From Candidatus Eiseniibacteriota bacterium (lineage in GTDB: Bacteria > Eisenbacteria > RBG-16-71-46 > JAFGJU01): DNA of 64,000 nucleotides. The stretch is taken from contig CP070702.1 of NCBI GenBank assembly GCA_020349905.1, positions 2,230,936 to 2,294,935 on the forward strand, in the 5' to 3' direction. Within the stretch, counting starts at the first letter, position 1. Each line of letters opens with the position of its first letter. Positions 9,357-19,799 of this stretch are shown in pieces. Below the pieces are notes generated by a model. That model was given only the letters and a program-made list of their open reading frames with translations. It was not told the DNA's origin and made no database searches. A program made the translations under genes and the position numbers.

Positions 9357-9379
9357 GGGGCCAGCGGTTGGCCGGCCCC
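9357..9379 (-). terminator. GC-rich hairpin downstream of T9SS cargo gene 2
   Basis: GGGGCCAGCGGTTGGCCGGCCCC lies about 30 nt 3' of the stop at 9408 and is homologous to 7338-7361. Confidence 0.4.
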
Positions 9380-9407
9380 TTGATTGTATTGAGGTCCTTT
9401 GTCAGCA

Positions 9408-10952
9408 CTACTTCAGCAAGACCATCTTCTTTGATTCTTTGTAGCCAGGCCCCTCAAGCTGATAGAAGTACACGCCTGAAGCGACTGCTTTGCCGGAGTC
9501 GTCCCGACCGTCCCATGCAACGTCGTAGTGTTGAGCCTCCCGCCAGCCCTCCAACAACGTGCGAACTGGTCTACCAAAAACATCATATACCCGTAGCTCA
9601 ACTAAACCAGGCACGGCAACAGAGAATGTGATATGTGTCAGAGGATTGAACGGATTAGGATAGTTCTGCTTCAGCGCGAATGGCGCGGACATCGGACCTT
9701 GCTCGTCAACCGCAATTACCATGCCAGGGAAGAACTCCACACTCAAGCTGGCATAGTTACTGGCGATCCCACTACCTGCCGTCTCCACATAGTTCTCGCA
9801 AACCCCATAGAACGTATGAGACCCGGCCGCGATGTTATAAGCCTGCGTATGCGAGAAGGAGTTGAATTCCAGATCCGCGCTCACGGCTTCCACTCCGACG
9901 TTGCCGTCGTTGGATTCCCAGTCTCTCTTGTCGCTGGCGGCCACGATGATTCGGTCGCCCACATCAGAGACACATAGGCCTTCATATCTGACGATTGCCG
10001 TCCCCAGCTCCGTTGGACTGATTATCAGGGAGTCCATGACTACCGGCGCACCTCTCACGTAAACATTCGTCTGCGATACTCCGGTATGTTGTACGAAGGC
10101 GTCACCTGCCGACGTTGGAAAGAACTCCACGGTCAGGCTCCCGTAAAACGACGCAATACCGTCCCCGTCCGTCTCCACGATGTTCTCAGCAACGGCGTAG
10201 AAGTCATGCGAACCAGGCCCGATCGAATACATGCGCGAGTGGGAGAACGGCGTAGTGTCGAGATCGCTGTCGATGGCCTCGACCGCGGTGCAGCCATCGT
10301 TGCCGCTCCAGCTGGTTGTGTTGCTGGCGGCGAGAATGATGCGGTCACCCGGAGTTGACACGCACACCCCGTCGAACCGCACGAGAGCGTTACCGGAGAC
10401 ACCGACCGTTATGTTCCTCTGGGCGATCAGGGTGCTCGCCCCACGGACATCTTCGTAATCGACAACGATCCCCGTATGGGATACGAGAGGTACGTCCACC
10501 CCGTCCGGGAAGAACTTGACTACCAGGCTTCCATAGACGGAGGCAATACCTGACCCAGCCGTCTCTACAAAGTTCTCCCCGACAGCGTAGAAAGTGTGAG
10601 TCCCGGCGCTTACCGGATATACCCGGGTGTGTGAAAAGGACCTGATGTTTATATCGCTGTCATATGCCTCCATTTCAGTGTGGCCGTCGTTTGAGTACCA
10701 AAGGGGCGTTTTGCTAGCGGCGAGAATAATACGATCGCCGGGAGAGGACCAGCACTGGCCATCAAACTGGACGACGACGTTGCCGGCCTCAGCAACAGTT
10801 ATGATCTGCTGGGCTAATACAACCGGAGCCCCGCGCATGTTGACATTATCTCGTATGACTCTGCGATGCCAGACTCCGACGTCAGCAGAACAGGGTGCGT
10901 ATGCGACGAGGCATACAAACAGGCACGCGATGCCTATCACTGCGGTTCTCAT
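9408..10952 (-). CDS. secreted protein with three internal roughly 125-aa repeats and T9SS C-terminal sorting domain
   Basis: Signal peptide MRTAVIGIACLFVCLVAYAPCSA. Three copies of a domain (VRGAPVV...GN.VV.FDG.C.S.PGDRIILAAS......NDG...EA..SD.....FSHT..Y....G.H.FYAV.EN.VET.G.GIAS.YGSL.V.FFP). C-terminus is QNYPNPFNPLTHITFS...KKMVLLK. Confidence 0.7.
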   Translation of the reverse strand: MRTAVIGIACLFVCLVAYAPCSADVGVWHRRVIRDNVNMRGAPVVLAQQIITVAEAGNVVVQFDGQCWSSPGDRIILAASKTPLWYSNDGHTEMEAYDSDINIRSFSHTRVYPVSAGTHTFYAVGENFVETAGSGIASVYGSLVVKFFPDGVDVPLVSHTGIVVDYEDVRGASTLIAQRNITVGVSGNALVRFDGVCVSTPGDRIILAASNTTSWSGNDGCTAVEAIDSDLDTTPFSHSRMYSIGPGSHDFYAVAENIVETDGDGIASFYGSLTVEFFPTSAGDAFVQHTGVSQTNVYVRGAPVVMDSLIISPTELGTAIVRYEGLCVSDVGDRIIVAASDKRDWESNDGNVGVEAVSADLEFNSFSHTQAYNIAAGSHTFYGVCENYVETAGSGIASNYASLSVEFFPGMVIAVDEQGPMSAPFALKQNYPNPFNPLTHITFSVAVPGLVELRVYDVFGRPVRTLLEGWREAQHYDVAWDGRDDSGKAVASGVYFYQLEGPGYKESKKMVLLK

Positions 10953-11185
10953 GTGACCCCCTTTTACCAGTCGTGGCCGATGGTGGACTGATGGTACTCA
11001 TCAGGTTATTGAAAACTGAGAGACAGCGGGACAATCCTCTGTCAAAGCCGCCCAGACTATCTAGCGACTCGCAACGTCAATCGTCCACTTATTGCGGCCA
11101 CAGAAAGTACCACATGTTCACGGTAATGTCAAGCGCGATTTGCAGTTAAGAGTCTGTGATGTACGACCGTATTCGCATGAACCTC

Positions 11186-11216
11186 CACACAAAAATAGTT
11201 CTAACAGCGTCCAGCG
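11186..11216 (-). promoter_or_regulatory. conserved upstream element copy B (CACACAAAAATAGTTCTAACAGCGTCCAGCG) about 235 nt 5' of T9SS cargo gene 2
   Basis: Direct comparison with copy A at 9264-9292. Confidence 0.4.
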
Positions 11217-11455
11217 ATGGGAGCCAAGGCAGACTCGAACAGAACCGGCCGCCGTGACAGACGATGCTCTGCAGCGAGAGGGCTGGGTTCATCCACTCCT
11301 CACGAACGATGCGGCGCTTAAATGACCTTCTCCGACACGACCAACCTTGTCTTGCACTGCTCATCGTCCCGCAGTAGAATCCCATCACAGGCTCATCCTT
11401 GCGAATTTGAGTCTCACAACTGCTCTGACTCGCAGACAGCCAGCGTGGATTCCCC

Positions 11456-13795
11456 ATGATCGGAAAGACCATCTCCCACTACAAGATCCTCGAGAAGCTC
11501 GGCGAAGGCGGTATGGGAGTCGTCTACAAGGCCCAGGACACGAAGCTTAGACGCATCGTGGCCTTGAAGTTCCTCCCACCGCAGGCCCTGGGTACGGAGG
11601 ACGAGAAGACTCGCTTTGTCCACGAGGCTCAGGCTGCAGCTGCACTGACTCACCCCAACATCTGCACGGTCTATGAGATTGATGAGGCCGATGGGCAGAC
11701 CTTCATTTCGATGGAGTGTGTGGAAGGTCAGAACCTCAAGCAGAAGATTAGCTCTGCTCCGCTGAAACTGGAAGAGGCACTGGGCGTTGCCGTTCAGATC
11801 GCCGAGGGTCTACAAGAAGCCCACGAGAGAGGGATGGTCCATCGCGACATAAAGAGTGCCAACATCATGTTGACGCCGAAGGGCCAGGTTAAGGTCATGG
11901 ATTTTGGCCTGGCAAAGCTCTACGGGGCGACCAAGGTAACAAAGACAGGGACGACCGTGGGCACTGCTGCCTACATGTCCCCTGAGCAGGCTCGGGGCGA
12001 GACAGTGGATCATCGTTCAGACATCTGGTCGTTCGGCGTGGTTCTCTACGAGATGCTGACCGGCCAACTGCCCTTCAAGGGTGACTACGGCGAGGCTATC
12101 ATTTATTCCATCCTCAATCAGTCGCCGGAGCCTATCACTGCTCTGCGCACGGGTGTTCCGATGGAGCTCGAGCGGATAATTGGCAAGGCGCTGGCAAAGA
12201 GCCCAGGCGAACGCTATCAACACGTAGACGAGATGCTCGTGGACCTGAGGACCCTCCAGAAGGAGCTGGAGTCTGGGCGAGCCATGACGCCGGCTTCCAG
12301 GACAGAGCCTCGACGAAGGAGAAGAATCCTCTGGTACGGCGGCGGCGCGGTCATCCTAATTCTGCTAGTTGCAGCCGCACTCCGCTTCTTTCCAAGAGAC
12401 AGAGAAACCATCGATTCCATCGCGGTGCTTCCGCTGGAGAACCTCTCAGGCGACCCCGAGCAGGAGTATTTCGTTGATGGCATGACCGAGGCGCTCATCA
12501 CCGAGCTGTCTAAGATCGGTGCACTCAGAGTCATCTCACGGACTTCGGTCATGCGCTACAAGGAAACCGATAAGCCGCTGGCGGAGATTGCGAGCGAGCT
12601 GGGGGTTGATGCGGTGGTGGAGGGTTCGGTACTGCGTGTGGGAGACCGAGTGAGGATAACGGCGCAGTTGATTGGTGCGGTGCCGGAACGTCACCTCTGG
12701 GCAGAGAGTTATGACCGCGACGTTGGTGACGTTTTGATTCTATCGAGTGAGGTTGCACAGACCATTGCGCGCGAGATCCGGGTCAGGCTCACGCAACAGG
12801 AGCAGGAACGCCTCGCGAGTGAACGTCCCGTGGACCCCGAGGCCTACGAGCTCTATCTCAAGGGCCAACATAGACTCTACGATGGATGGTCGCCGAAGGC
12901 AGCAGAAGAGGCCATCGAGTACTTCCGTGGGGCTGTCCAGAAGGAGCCAGATTTCGCAGAGGCGTACGCTGCGTTGGCAGACTGCTACATTTGGCTCGGG
13001 TGGAGTGGAGCGTTACCGCTTAAAGAGGCCTCATCAAAAGCCACCAACTTTGTCGAAAGGGCTTTGGACATTGATGACTCTCTCTCGGAGGCCCACTACT
13101 CACTGGGGGGCATAAAGTTCTATCTGGAATGGGACTGGCAGGGGGGAGCGGAGGAATACAAACGAGCCATGGCACTAAATCCAAACAACGCGTTTGCTCA
13201 CGGTGAATATGCCTGGACTTTAGCAGCGAGAGGTCGATTTGAGGAGGCGATTGTTGAAGCCAAGCGCATGTTCCAGCTCAATCCCGTCGCGTATGCAGCA
13301 AACATGAGTATGGTGTGGTTACACTACCTCGCGCGCCAGTACGATGAGGCACTAGCATATTGCTCACAATGGGCCGAGCTGGAGCCGAATGATTACAGAC
13401 CATACAGCGACATGACCACGGTATACGCGCAGATGGGGAGGTATGAGGACGCAGTGAGAGCTCAAAAGAGGTCCATGACCCTCCGGGGAGCCCCGCCAGA
13501 GAGGATAGCCGCACTGGATAGCGCCTACAGTGAATCAGGGCCAAAGGGTTACTGGAAGTGGCGTTTGGAGCGTCTGGGAAGATTGGAGGGCGGCTATGAC
13601 CGCTACCCGGCTTACACTGCCATGTACTACGGCCAGCTGGGCGAAAAGGATAAGGCGTTCGCCTGGCTGGAAAGGGCCTACGAGAAACATGATGCGGCGA
13701 TGTTCAGACTGAAAGTCGACCCCCCCTGGGACCCGCTACGGGACGACCCCCGCTTTCAAGATATGCTTCACCGGATGAACTTCCCGGAAGACTAA
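11456..13795 (+). CDS. Ser/Thr protein kinase with TM segment, TolB-N-like domain and C-terminal TPR repeats
   Basis: Gly-rich loop GEGGMGVVYKA, VALK, catalytic loop HRDIKSANIM, DFG, SPE motif. A TM helix sits around residue 290. The SIAVLPLENLSGDPEQEYFVDGMTEAL segment is typical of the TolB-N-like module in such kinases. The C-terminus is TPR-rich. Confidence 0.8.
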   Translation: MIGKTISHYKILEKLGEGGMGVVYKAQDTKLRRIVALKFLPPQALGTEDEKTRFVHEAQAAAALTHPNICTVYEIDEADGQTFISMECVEGQNLKQKISSAPLKLEEALGVAVQIAEGLQEAHERGMVHRDIKSANIMLTPKGQVKVMDFGLAKLYGATKVTKTGTTVGTAAYMSPEQARGETVDHRSDIWSFGVVLYEMLTGQLPFKGDYGEAIIYSILNQSPEPITALRTGVPMELERIIGKALAKSPGERYQHVDEMLVDLRTLQKELESGRAMTPASRTEPRRRRRILWYGGGAVILILLVAAALRFFPRDRETIDSIAVLPLENLSGDPEQEYFVDGMTEALITELSKIGALRVISRTSVMRYKETDKPLAEIASELGVDAVVEGSVLRVGDRVRITAQLIGAVPERHLWAESYDRDVGDVLILSSEVAQTIAREIRVRLTQQEQERLASERPVDPEAYELYLKGQHRLYDGWSPKAAEEAIEYFRGAVQKEPDFAEAYAALADCYIWLGWSGALPLKEASSKATNFVERALDIDDSLSEAHYSLGGIKFYLEWDWQGGAEEYKRAMALNPNNAFAHGEYAWTLAARGRFEEAIVEAKRMFQLNPVAYAANMSMVWLHYLARQYDEALAYCSQWAELEPNDYRPYSDMTTVYAQMGRYEDAVRAQKRSMTLRGAPPERIAALDSAYSESGPKGYWKWRLERLGRLEGGYDRYPAYTAMYYGQLGEKDKAFAWLERAYEKHDAAMFRLKVDPPWDPLRDDPRFQDMLHRMNFPED

Positions 13796-14026
13796 ACCTG
13801 GAAGAGAGACCGAGAGAGATGGCTTGAGCAGCTCGCTGGAAAGCCAAGTCCGATCATCCAGCACTCGTTGACCTCGGCTCCCAAGCCGGGAGAGAGCCAA
13901 CGCTCTACCAGCCAAGGACAGAAGCGCCAACGCTTGCAGGGCAAGATGAAGACAGCATCGAAGCAGGACGTATGTTTCCTCACGAGTAGCTTCCCGTCAC
14001 AGCGCTTGCCTTCCCCGGACGAGCTC

Positions 14027-15193
14027 TTACCTGCACGCTCTGCGAAGCCTGTGGGCGAGCCCTATGAGGCGCCTTGCGAAATCGTACGGTCCCCGGTTCC
14101 CGTTTGTCACGATGGCCACCGTGATTCCAGTTTCGTAATCCCCGAAAGCAACCGAACAGTAACCTCCGGCGTGCCCAAAACACCTCTGCGTATTCCACCA
14201 TCCGTAGATTGAAGGCAGGCGTGTTCCAAGCACGAAGCCCCTACCCACTGTCAAGAACGTCCGGTTGCTCCTGTCCCATCCACGGATTCCGCGGGTCGTG
14301 TATTTCTGTATCGCCCCTTTCGAAATCAGCTGCTTGCCAGAACGTGCCACTCCCCTGTCGACGAGAAACTCGTAGAACGCCGCCAGGCTGGCTGCGTCGG
14401 TTACCAGGCTGACGGCCGGGTTCCTGGAATTAAACATCTCTGCGGAATTGTTCGTTTTCTCAAAGCTCTCGGCAACGTTGACGCCGGCAACCATGGCCTT
14501 CGGCTTGCCCAGCCAATAGGAGAACGCCAGTGAATTCAAATCGCGCCCCGCAAGTCCGTATTGGAGAGCAGGTAGTCCCAGCGGAGCAGAGATTTCTTCT
14601 CTGACGAAATCCGGCAAAGTGCGTCCGTCCACCTTCAACATGATTTCTGAGAGTATCCATCCGTATTCCCAGGGCATGTAGGCGAAGATGCCGCGCCTAT
14701 AAGAAGGTTCTGACTCCTTGAGGCTGCTCAGTACGGCGTGTCTGTCCCCCCACAGGTGCGGATTCTTGGCCAAATCCGGCAGCAGGATGCCAGCCCTGTG
14801 AGTAAGGACGTCCAGCGTCGAAATCTCTTCTTTCCCGCGGGTTTCGAATTCCGGAAGCACTCTGGATACGGGAGCCGCTACGTCAAGCAGCCCGCGGTCT
14901 TCGAGCATGGCGATGGCGATTGCAGCCAACGGTTTTCCTGCTGACAGTACAGGAAACGGAGTTTGCGGCTGCACTTTGAACGGCGGGACAGGTTCATTTG
15001 ACCGTAGCCCCCGCGCAATGCCGAACACTCTGTTGAGCACTAACGTGCCGTGTCGCCTCAAGATAAGCTGGCCTCCCGGGCACGCTCCCGATAGCTGCTG
15101 CCTTTCAAAAAAGCTGACGGCCTTCTCGAGCGCGACCCGGTTCATACCAGTAGCCGCAGGGTCGATTTCATCTTCGTACGGAAAAGTCGCCAT
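14027..15193 (-). CDS. serine hydrolase of the beta-lactamase/transpeptidase-like (class C / esterase) superfamily
   Basis: About 388 aa with an S-x-x-K motif (SAGKPL) near the N-terminus and overall beta-lactamase-fold family features. It overlaps the upstream radical-SAM gene by 26 nt. Confidence 0.55.
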   Translation of the reverse strand: MATFPYEDEIDPAATGMNRVALEKAVSFFERQQLSGACPGGQLILRRHGTLVLNRVFGIARGLRSNEPVPPFKVQPQTPFPVLSAGKPLAAIAIAMLEDRGLLDVAAPVSRVLPEFETRGKEEISTLDVLTHRAGILLPDLAKNPHLWGDRHAVLSSLKESEPSYRRGIFAYMPWEYGWILSEIMLKVDGRTLPDFVREEISAPLGLPALQYGLAGRDLNSLAFSYWLGKPKAMVAGVNVAESFEKTNNSAEMFNSRNPAVSLVTDAASLAAFYEFLVDRGVARSGKQLISKGAIQKYTTRGIRGWDRSNRTFLTVGRGFVLGTRLPSIYGWWNTQRCFGHAGGYCSVAFGDYETGITVAIVTNGNRGPYDFARRLIGLAHRLRRACR

Positions 15194-16556
15194 TGCCGTA
15201 ATCCCTGTATGCTCTCTTCACGCGGTTGCGAACCCGGTACGACTTCATGAGAATCGAAGGAATCTCTCTAGGCGGGAATTTCCTCAAGAACGCCATCGCA
15301 TCCCCGAAGGAGAACGCCCTGCTCAGGAGCTGATAGAACTCGTAATAGAATTCCCTAAGCGGAAGCTCAGTCGGAAGCAGAGTGTGAATGAGGTCGAAGT
15401 AATCGTGGTTGTGGGTTATCAATCGGTTCCTCACCTCTTCGTAGAGGTCGGTGCCGGGAAAAGGCGTCAGCACTGCGAACGAGCCGAAGCCCAGCCTCAA
15501 CTTGCGGCAGTAGCGCCTGAGTGCTCTGAAATCCTCTCTACTGAATTCGGGTCGCAGGATGAAGGAGGCGTACGTTTCAACTCCAAGATCGCGCAGTATC
15601 TTCACTGCCTTCTCGTTATCGTCTGTCGTCGATCCTTTACCTATGTAGTTTAGGTCCTCATCCCTGAAGAACTCGAGTCCCACAAACACTCTCTCGAGGC
15701 CGATTTTTCTCCACATCTCGAGAAGCTCAGGATTTCTCGCAATCGTGTCACTTCTGCCGTATACGAAGTACTGCTTCCGTATCCCCGCCTTCTCTATCAA
15801 CGCCGCGAGAGTCTTCATTCTTGCTGCATCCACGAGTGATTCGTCGTCTGCGAAGAAGACGAACTCTTCTTCAATACCCGCCAATTCTTCGACCACTCTC
15901 TCTGGCTTTCTCCCGAGGTAGCGCCCCCTTGTCAGTTTCCAGAGAGTACAGAAATTGCACCTGTATGGGCATCCCTTTGAAGTACGAATGGAAGCCATCG
16001 GCTTCATCCATTCTGAGTAGTAGTGCCTTCTATACCTTGCAGTCAGTTTCCTGTCTGGAAGCGGAAAGCCATCCAAATCCTCCAGGGGCGAACAGGCAGT
16101 CCTCGCCAAACCGTCTCCTTTCGCGAACGCTATTCCTGGGATTCCGTCGAACCCACTTCCCTTCTCAAATCTTCTCACTACTTCTCTAAACGCAAAGACC
16201 CCTTCCCCCATTACCACGAGGTCAACGACGGGCGAAAGGAAATCCTCCGGCACGACCGTGGCGTGATGTCCTCCCACGACGGTGAGAACCTGTGAATTCC
16301 ATATCTTTATCTCCTGTAGGACGGACTTGACAGTATTGACGTGCACTGTGTAGGCGGTTATGCCAACGATCTGGGGGGAGAACTCTCTCAAGACCCCATG
16401 CAGGTCGTGCTCCAGCCGCATGTCAAGGATTTTCACGTCGTGGTGACCTTCGACTCCCGCGGCAACGTACTCGAGGGCCAGTGATTCAAAAATGAAGACG
16501 TCCTCTCCGCCTATCGTCAAGGGCGCCTTGGCCGGTTCGATAAGGAGTATCTTCAT
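15168..16556 (-). CDS. B12-binding domain radical SAM protein
   Basis: N-terminal Rossmann-like B12-binding segment (MKILLIEPA...). Radical SAM cluster motif CPYRCNFC. About 460 aa, typical of class B cobalamin-dependent rSAM enzymes. Confidence 0.7.
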   Translation of the reverse strand: MKILLIEPAKAPLTIGGEDVFIFESLALEYVAAGVEGHHDVKILDMRLEHDLHGVLREFSPQIVGITAYTVHVNTVKSVLQEIKIWNSQVLTVVGGHHATVVPEDFLSPVVDLVVMGEGVFAFREVVRRFEKGSGFDGIPGIAFAKGDGLARTACSPLEDLDGFPLPDRKLTARYRRHYYSEWMKPMASIRTSKGCPYRCNFCTLWKLTRGRYLGRKPERVVEELAGIEEEFVFFADDESLVDAARMKTLAALIEKAGIRKQYFVYGRSDTIARNPELLEMWRKIGLERVFVGLEFFRDEDLNYIGKGSTTDDNEKAVKILRDLGVETYASFILRPEFSREDFRALRRYCRKLRLGFGSFAVLTPFPGTDLYEEVRNRLITHNHDYFDLIHTLLPTELPLREFYYEFYQLLSRAFSFGDAMAFLRKFPPREIPSILMKSYRVRNRVKRAYRDYGNGDFSVRR

Positions 16557-16620
16557 CGAGTCCTGCTCCGCGATCCCCTCTTCGCGATTAAACCGTCAAA
16601 CACCTTCATCCGATGAGAAA

Positions 16621-19600
16621 CTACCGGACTTCTACCTCTCCTGCTGATTCACGGGAACGCATTAGTCCAAGGCGGCAGCAACCCCGGATGACAATTCGTC
16701 CGATATCATTCCTCACCATGTACAGGCTGGGCACCAGAATCAGGGTTATGGGAGTCGCAAACAGCAGGCCGTACGCCAGCGCAAGTGCCATCGGAGCCAT
16801 GTACGGGTCGCTTCCACCAATGCCGTAGGCCAGCGGCAACAGAGCTGAAGTGGTCGTGAGGGTAGTGACCACAACGGGCCTGAAGCGGTGCGATGTTCCT
16901 TCTGCCACGAGCTCCCGCATATCCACGTCGGTCTGCTCTCGAGTGAGCCTGTTGATGTGATTTACGAGCACAAGAGAGTCATTGACTACGACTCCGGCAA
17001 GACCTATGACACCCAGCATGGCCACGAAGCCGAGCGGTTCGCCGTGAAGGGCGAACGCCAGGATGACGCCCATGATGCCAAACGGGATGGCTGCCATTAC
17101 CATTAGCGGCTGCGTCGGAGAATTGAACAGTAGTATCAGAAGGAAGTAGATGCCGATAGCAGCCAGCATAAACGCCCTGAAGAGACTTCTCATGGACTCC
17201 TGCGTTTCCTCAGCTTCACCACCCACTGCGAAGCGCATACCCGTCCAGTCGCTGTCCAAATCGAAATGATTCAGCGTCGCCTCTGTCGCTTCCAGCGGTG
17301 TGGTCTCCCCTTTGGTGATGTCGGCCGTGATGGTAATGGCACGTTCCTTGTTGAAGTGATAGAAATTGGATGGGCCTGGTCCTGTCTCAAAGCGGGCAGC
17401 TTCGCCCAGCGGAATGAGGCGTCCCCGTCTGTTGGGAATAGTAAGCTCGGACAGAAACTTCAATTGTCTCCGGGCCTTCTCCTGAAGCATCACCCGAAAG
17501 TCTATGTCCTCGTCACCGTATCGGACGCTGGTTACGACCTCTCCGTCGTAGGCTATCCGAACACCCTGCGCCACGTCGGCCACCGTGAGACCCAGCCGAG
17601 ACAGCTTGTCGTAGTCGACCTTGATCTCAACCTGGTCCTTTCCGAGCTTGTCGTCGCGGTCAATGTCCTTAACGCCCTCCAGGGTTCCGAGGAAAGCCTC
17701 AACGGAATCTGCAAGCTGAGCCCTGAGCATGTCGTTCGAGCCCACTACCCGAATCGTAATGGGCTTTCCGACAGGAGGGCCTCCTCCTTCGATGGAATAG
17801 GTGACCTTCTCGTACCCCTCGAATCCATCGGTCTTCTGGCGAAGCTCTTCAACAATCTGGTCGGCGCTCCTTTCTCTTTGTGCGAAGGGAGTGAGGCTGA
17901 CCGAGATTATGGCCCAATTCTCGTTCTCTCCGGCGGCAAATCCTTCGAGACTACCGATACGGGTTACGAACGAACCCAATTCGTCCTCGGGCAGCTCTAA
18001 CACAATCTGCTCAACTTCCCTCACCCTGTCCGAAGTTGCCTCGAGGGAGGTTCCCGTAGGAAGTTCAATCAGAACGTAGAACTCGTCTGCCATGCTGGAG
18101 GGAAAGAGAGTGAAGCTCATAAACGTGGCCGCATACCAGAGAGAGACCACCAGAAGAACGATGAACAGTCCGAGAAAGGCGTATCGAAATCGAAGGAGCC
18201 GGAATATAACTCGACCACACGGTTTCTCCAGTCGTCCGAACCAGTTCTGGCGTGGAGGCACTGCCGTGCCCTCTCGGCTGCGGCGGAATCCGCGTATTAG
18301 ATGGGCCGGCAGGGCCACTGTTGCCTCAAACAGCGAGACGAAGAGAGCGAGGCTGATGACCAGGGGAATGACGTAGACAAAGTCCCCCAACATGCCGGTC
18401 ATAAGAAACAGGGGGGCGAAGGCCAGGAAGGTCGTGAGAATGGTAGTCACGACGGGTGCGTAGACCTCTCGGATTCCCTCCACGGCGGCGACCAGAGGCG
18501 GGTCCCCCTTCTCTCTGTGTCGCTGGATGTTCTCAGATATGATGATTGCATCATCAACGATGATCCCAAGGACTATGATCATCGCCGCCAGAGAAATGCC
18601 GTCAAGATAGACGTCGAACTGAGGCATCAGGAAAATGGTCCCGAGAAGGGAGACCGGGATACCCAGTGCCACCCAGAACGCATTCCGGAAGCTCAGAAAG
18701 AGAGAAAGCACAATCAGCACGAGTATCCCGCCGATCAGTCCGTTAGCACCCACGATGTTGAACCTATTGCGGACGTACCGAGAGAAATCGCGTGAATAGA
18801 GAATCTCTACGCCGTCAGGGAGATTCGCACTTTCCTTCTCTGCAAGCTCCTTGACAGCATCGACGGTTCGAATTGCGTCGGCAGTGGCCTTCTTGTTGAC
18901 GGTGAAGGAGATCGCCTGCTGGCCGTTCATGCGCGAGAGGACCCGCTCGTCTTCGAAATCGTCCTTCACTATGGCCAGGTCCTTCACCTTGATGACAGGC
19001 CCCTCGAAGGTCGAACGTACGATTACCTCTCGCACCTCCAGGGGGTCCCGGAACTGAGCGAGGGTCACCAGGTCCTTTTCACTGGTGTAGGATTCAAACG
19101 AGCCGCCTGTGGCACGGATGTTCCGAGCTCGAATCGCCGAGATGATCTCTCGCAATGGAATCTGATACTCTTGAATCGCTTCGGGAGAGACCTCGACCTT
19201 GACCTCCCTGGCACGATAGCCAAACCTCTCCACGCTCGAGACGCCCGGGAGGGCTTCTAGTTTCTTCTCGAACCGCCGTGCGATTTCGCGAAGCTCTCCG
19301 TAAGGCAGGTCTCCCGTGATTCCCACCTCGATGACCGGAAAGATAGAGGTCTTTATCTCGGTGACCGTGGGAGATTCGGTCACCTCAACAGGAAAGTCGG
19401 TTACTCTGTTCACGGCCTCTCTGACTTCATTTTGAACCTCTTCCTGGTCCTTCGCATCCGGGTCAATGACGACATTGACAACAGATATGTTCTCCATGGA
19501 GACAGAAGTCATTCGCTCTATGCCGGTCACTCCCTTTAGCTCTTCCTCGATCTTGTTCGTGACGTTAAGCTCCACGTCTTCGGGAGACGCACCGGGGTAG

Positions 19601-19767
19601 CGAGTCGTAATTATCATTACACCCAGGTCAACCTCGGGCCATATATCGCGCTTGATTTGCGTCAGAGTGCTTACGCCAAGCAAGATGGTCATGAGCGTGA
19701 TGAGATGAGCAAGAAGGTGACGCTCGGCAAAGAACTTGAAGAAGGATCGCATCGCCTTTTCCTCCAC
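16621..19767 (-). CDS. RND efflux transporter permease (HAE1/AcrB family)
   Basis: 1048 aa with 12 TM helices and two large periplasmic loops. Overall AcrB-like architecture and conserved TM4 region. Start may be the MRSFFKFF Met at 19752. Confidence 0.8.
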   Translation of the reverse strand: MEEKAMRSFFKFFAERHLLAHLITLMTILLGVSTLTQIKRDIWPEVDLGVMIITTRYPGASPEDVELNVTNKIEEELKGVTGIERMTSVSMENISVVNVVIDPDAKDQEEVQNEVREAVNRVTDFPVEVTESPTVTEIKTSIFPVIEVGITGDLPYGELREIARRFEKKLEALPGVSSVERFGYRAREVKVEVSPEAIQEYQIPLREIISAIRARNIRATGGSFESYTSEKDLVTLAQFRDPLEVREVIVRSTFEGPVIKVKDLAIVKDDFEDERVLSRMNGQQAISFTVNKKATADAIRTVDAVKELAEKESANLPDGVEILYSRDFSRYVRNRFNIVGANGLIGGILVLIVLSLFLSFRNAFWVALGIPVSLLGTIFLMPQFDVYLDGISLAAMIIVLGIIVDDAIIISENIQRHREKGDPPLVAAVEGIREVYAPVVTTILTTFLAFAPLFLMTGMLGDFVYVIPLVISLALFVSLFEATVALPAHLIRGFRRSREGTAVPPRQNWFGRLEKPCGRVIFRLLRFRYAFLGLFIVLLVVSLWYAATFMSFTLFPSSMADEFYVLIELPTGTSLEATSDRVREVEQIVLELPEDELGSFVTRIGSLEGFAAGENENWAIISVSLTPFAQRERSADQIVEELRQKTDGFEGYEKVTYSIEGGGPPVGKPITIRVVGSNDMLRAQLADSVEAFLGTLEGVKDIDRDDKLGKDQVEIKVDYDKLSRLGLTVADVAQGVRIAYDGEVVTSVRYGDEDIDFRVMLQEKARRQLKFLSELTIPNRRGRLIPLGEAARFETGPGPSNFYHFNKERAITITADITKGETTPLEATEATLNHFDLDSDWTGMRFAVGGEAEETQESMRSLFRAFMLAAIGIYFLLILLFNSPTQPLMVMAAIPFGIMGVILAFALHGEPLGFVAMLGVIGLAGVVVNDSLVLVNHINRLTREQTDVDMRELVAEGTSHRFRPVVVTTLTTTSALLPLAYGIGGSDPYMAPMALALAYGLLFATPITLILVPSLYMVRNDIGRIVIRGCCRLGLMRSRESAGEVEVR

Positions 19768-19799
19768 ACAGGATGGATCTGATAGCAGCCTATGAAGTA

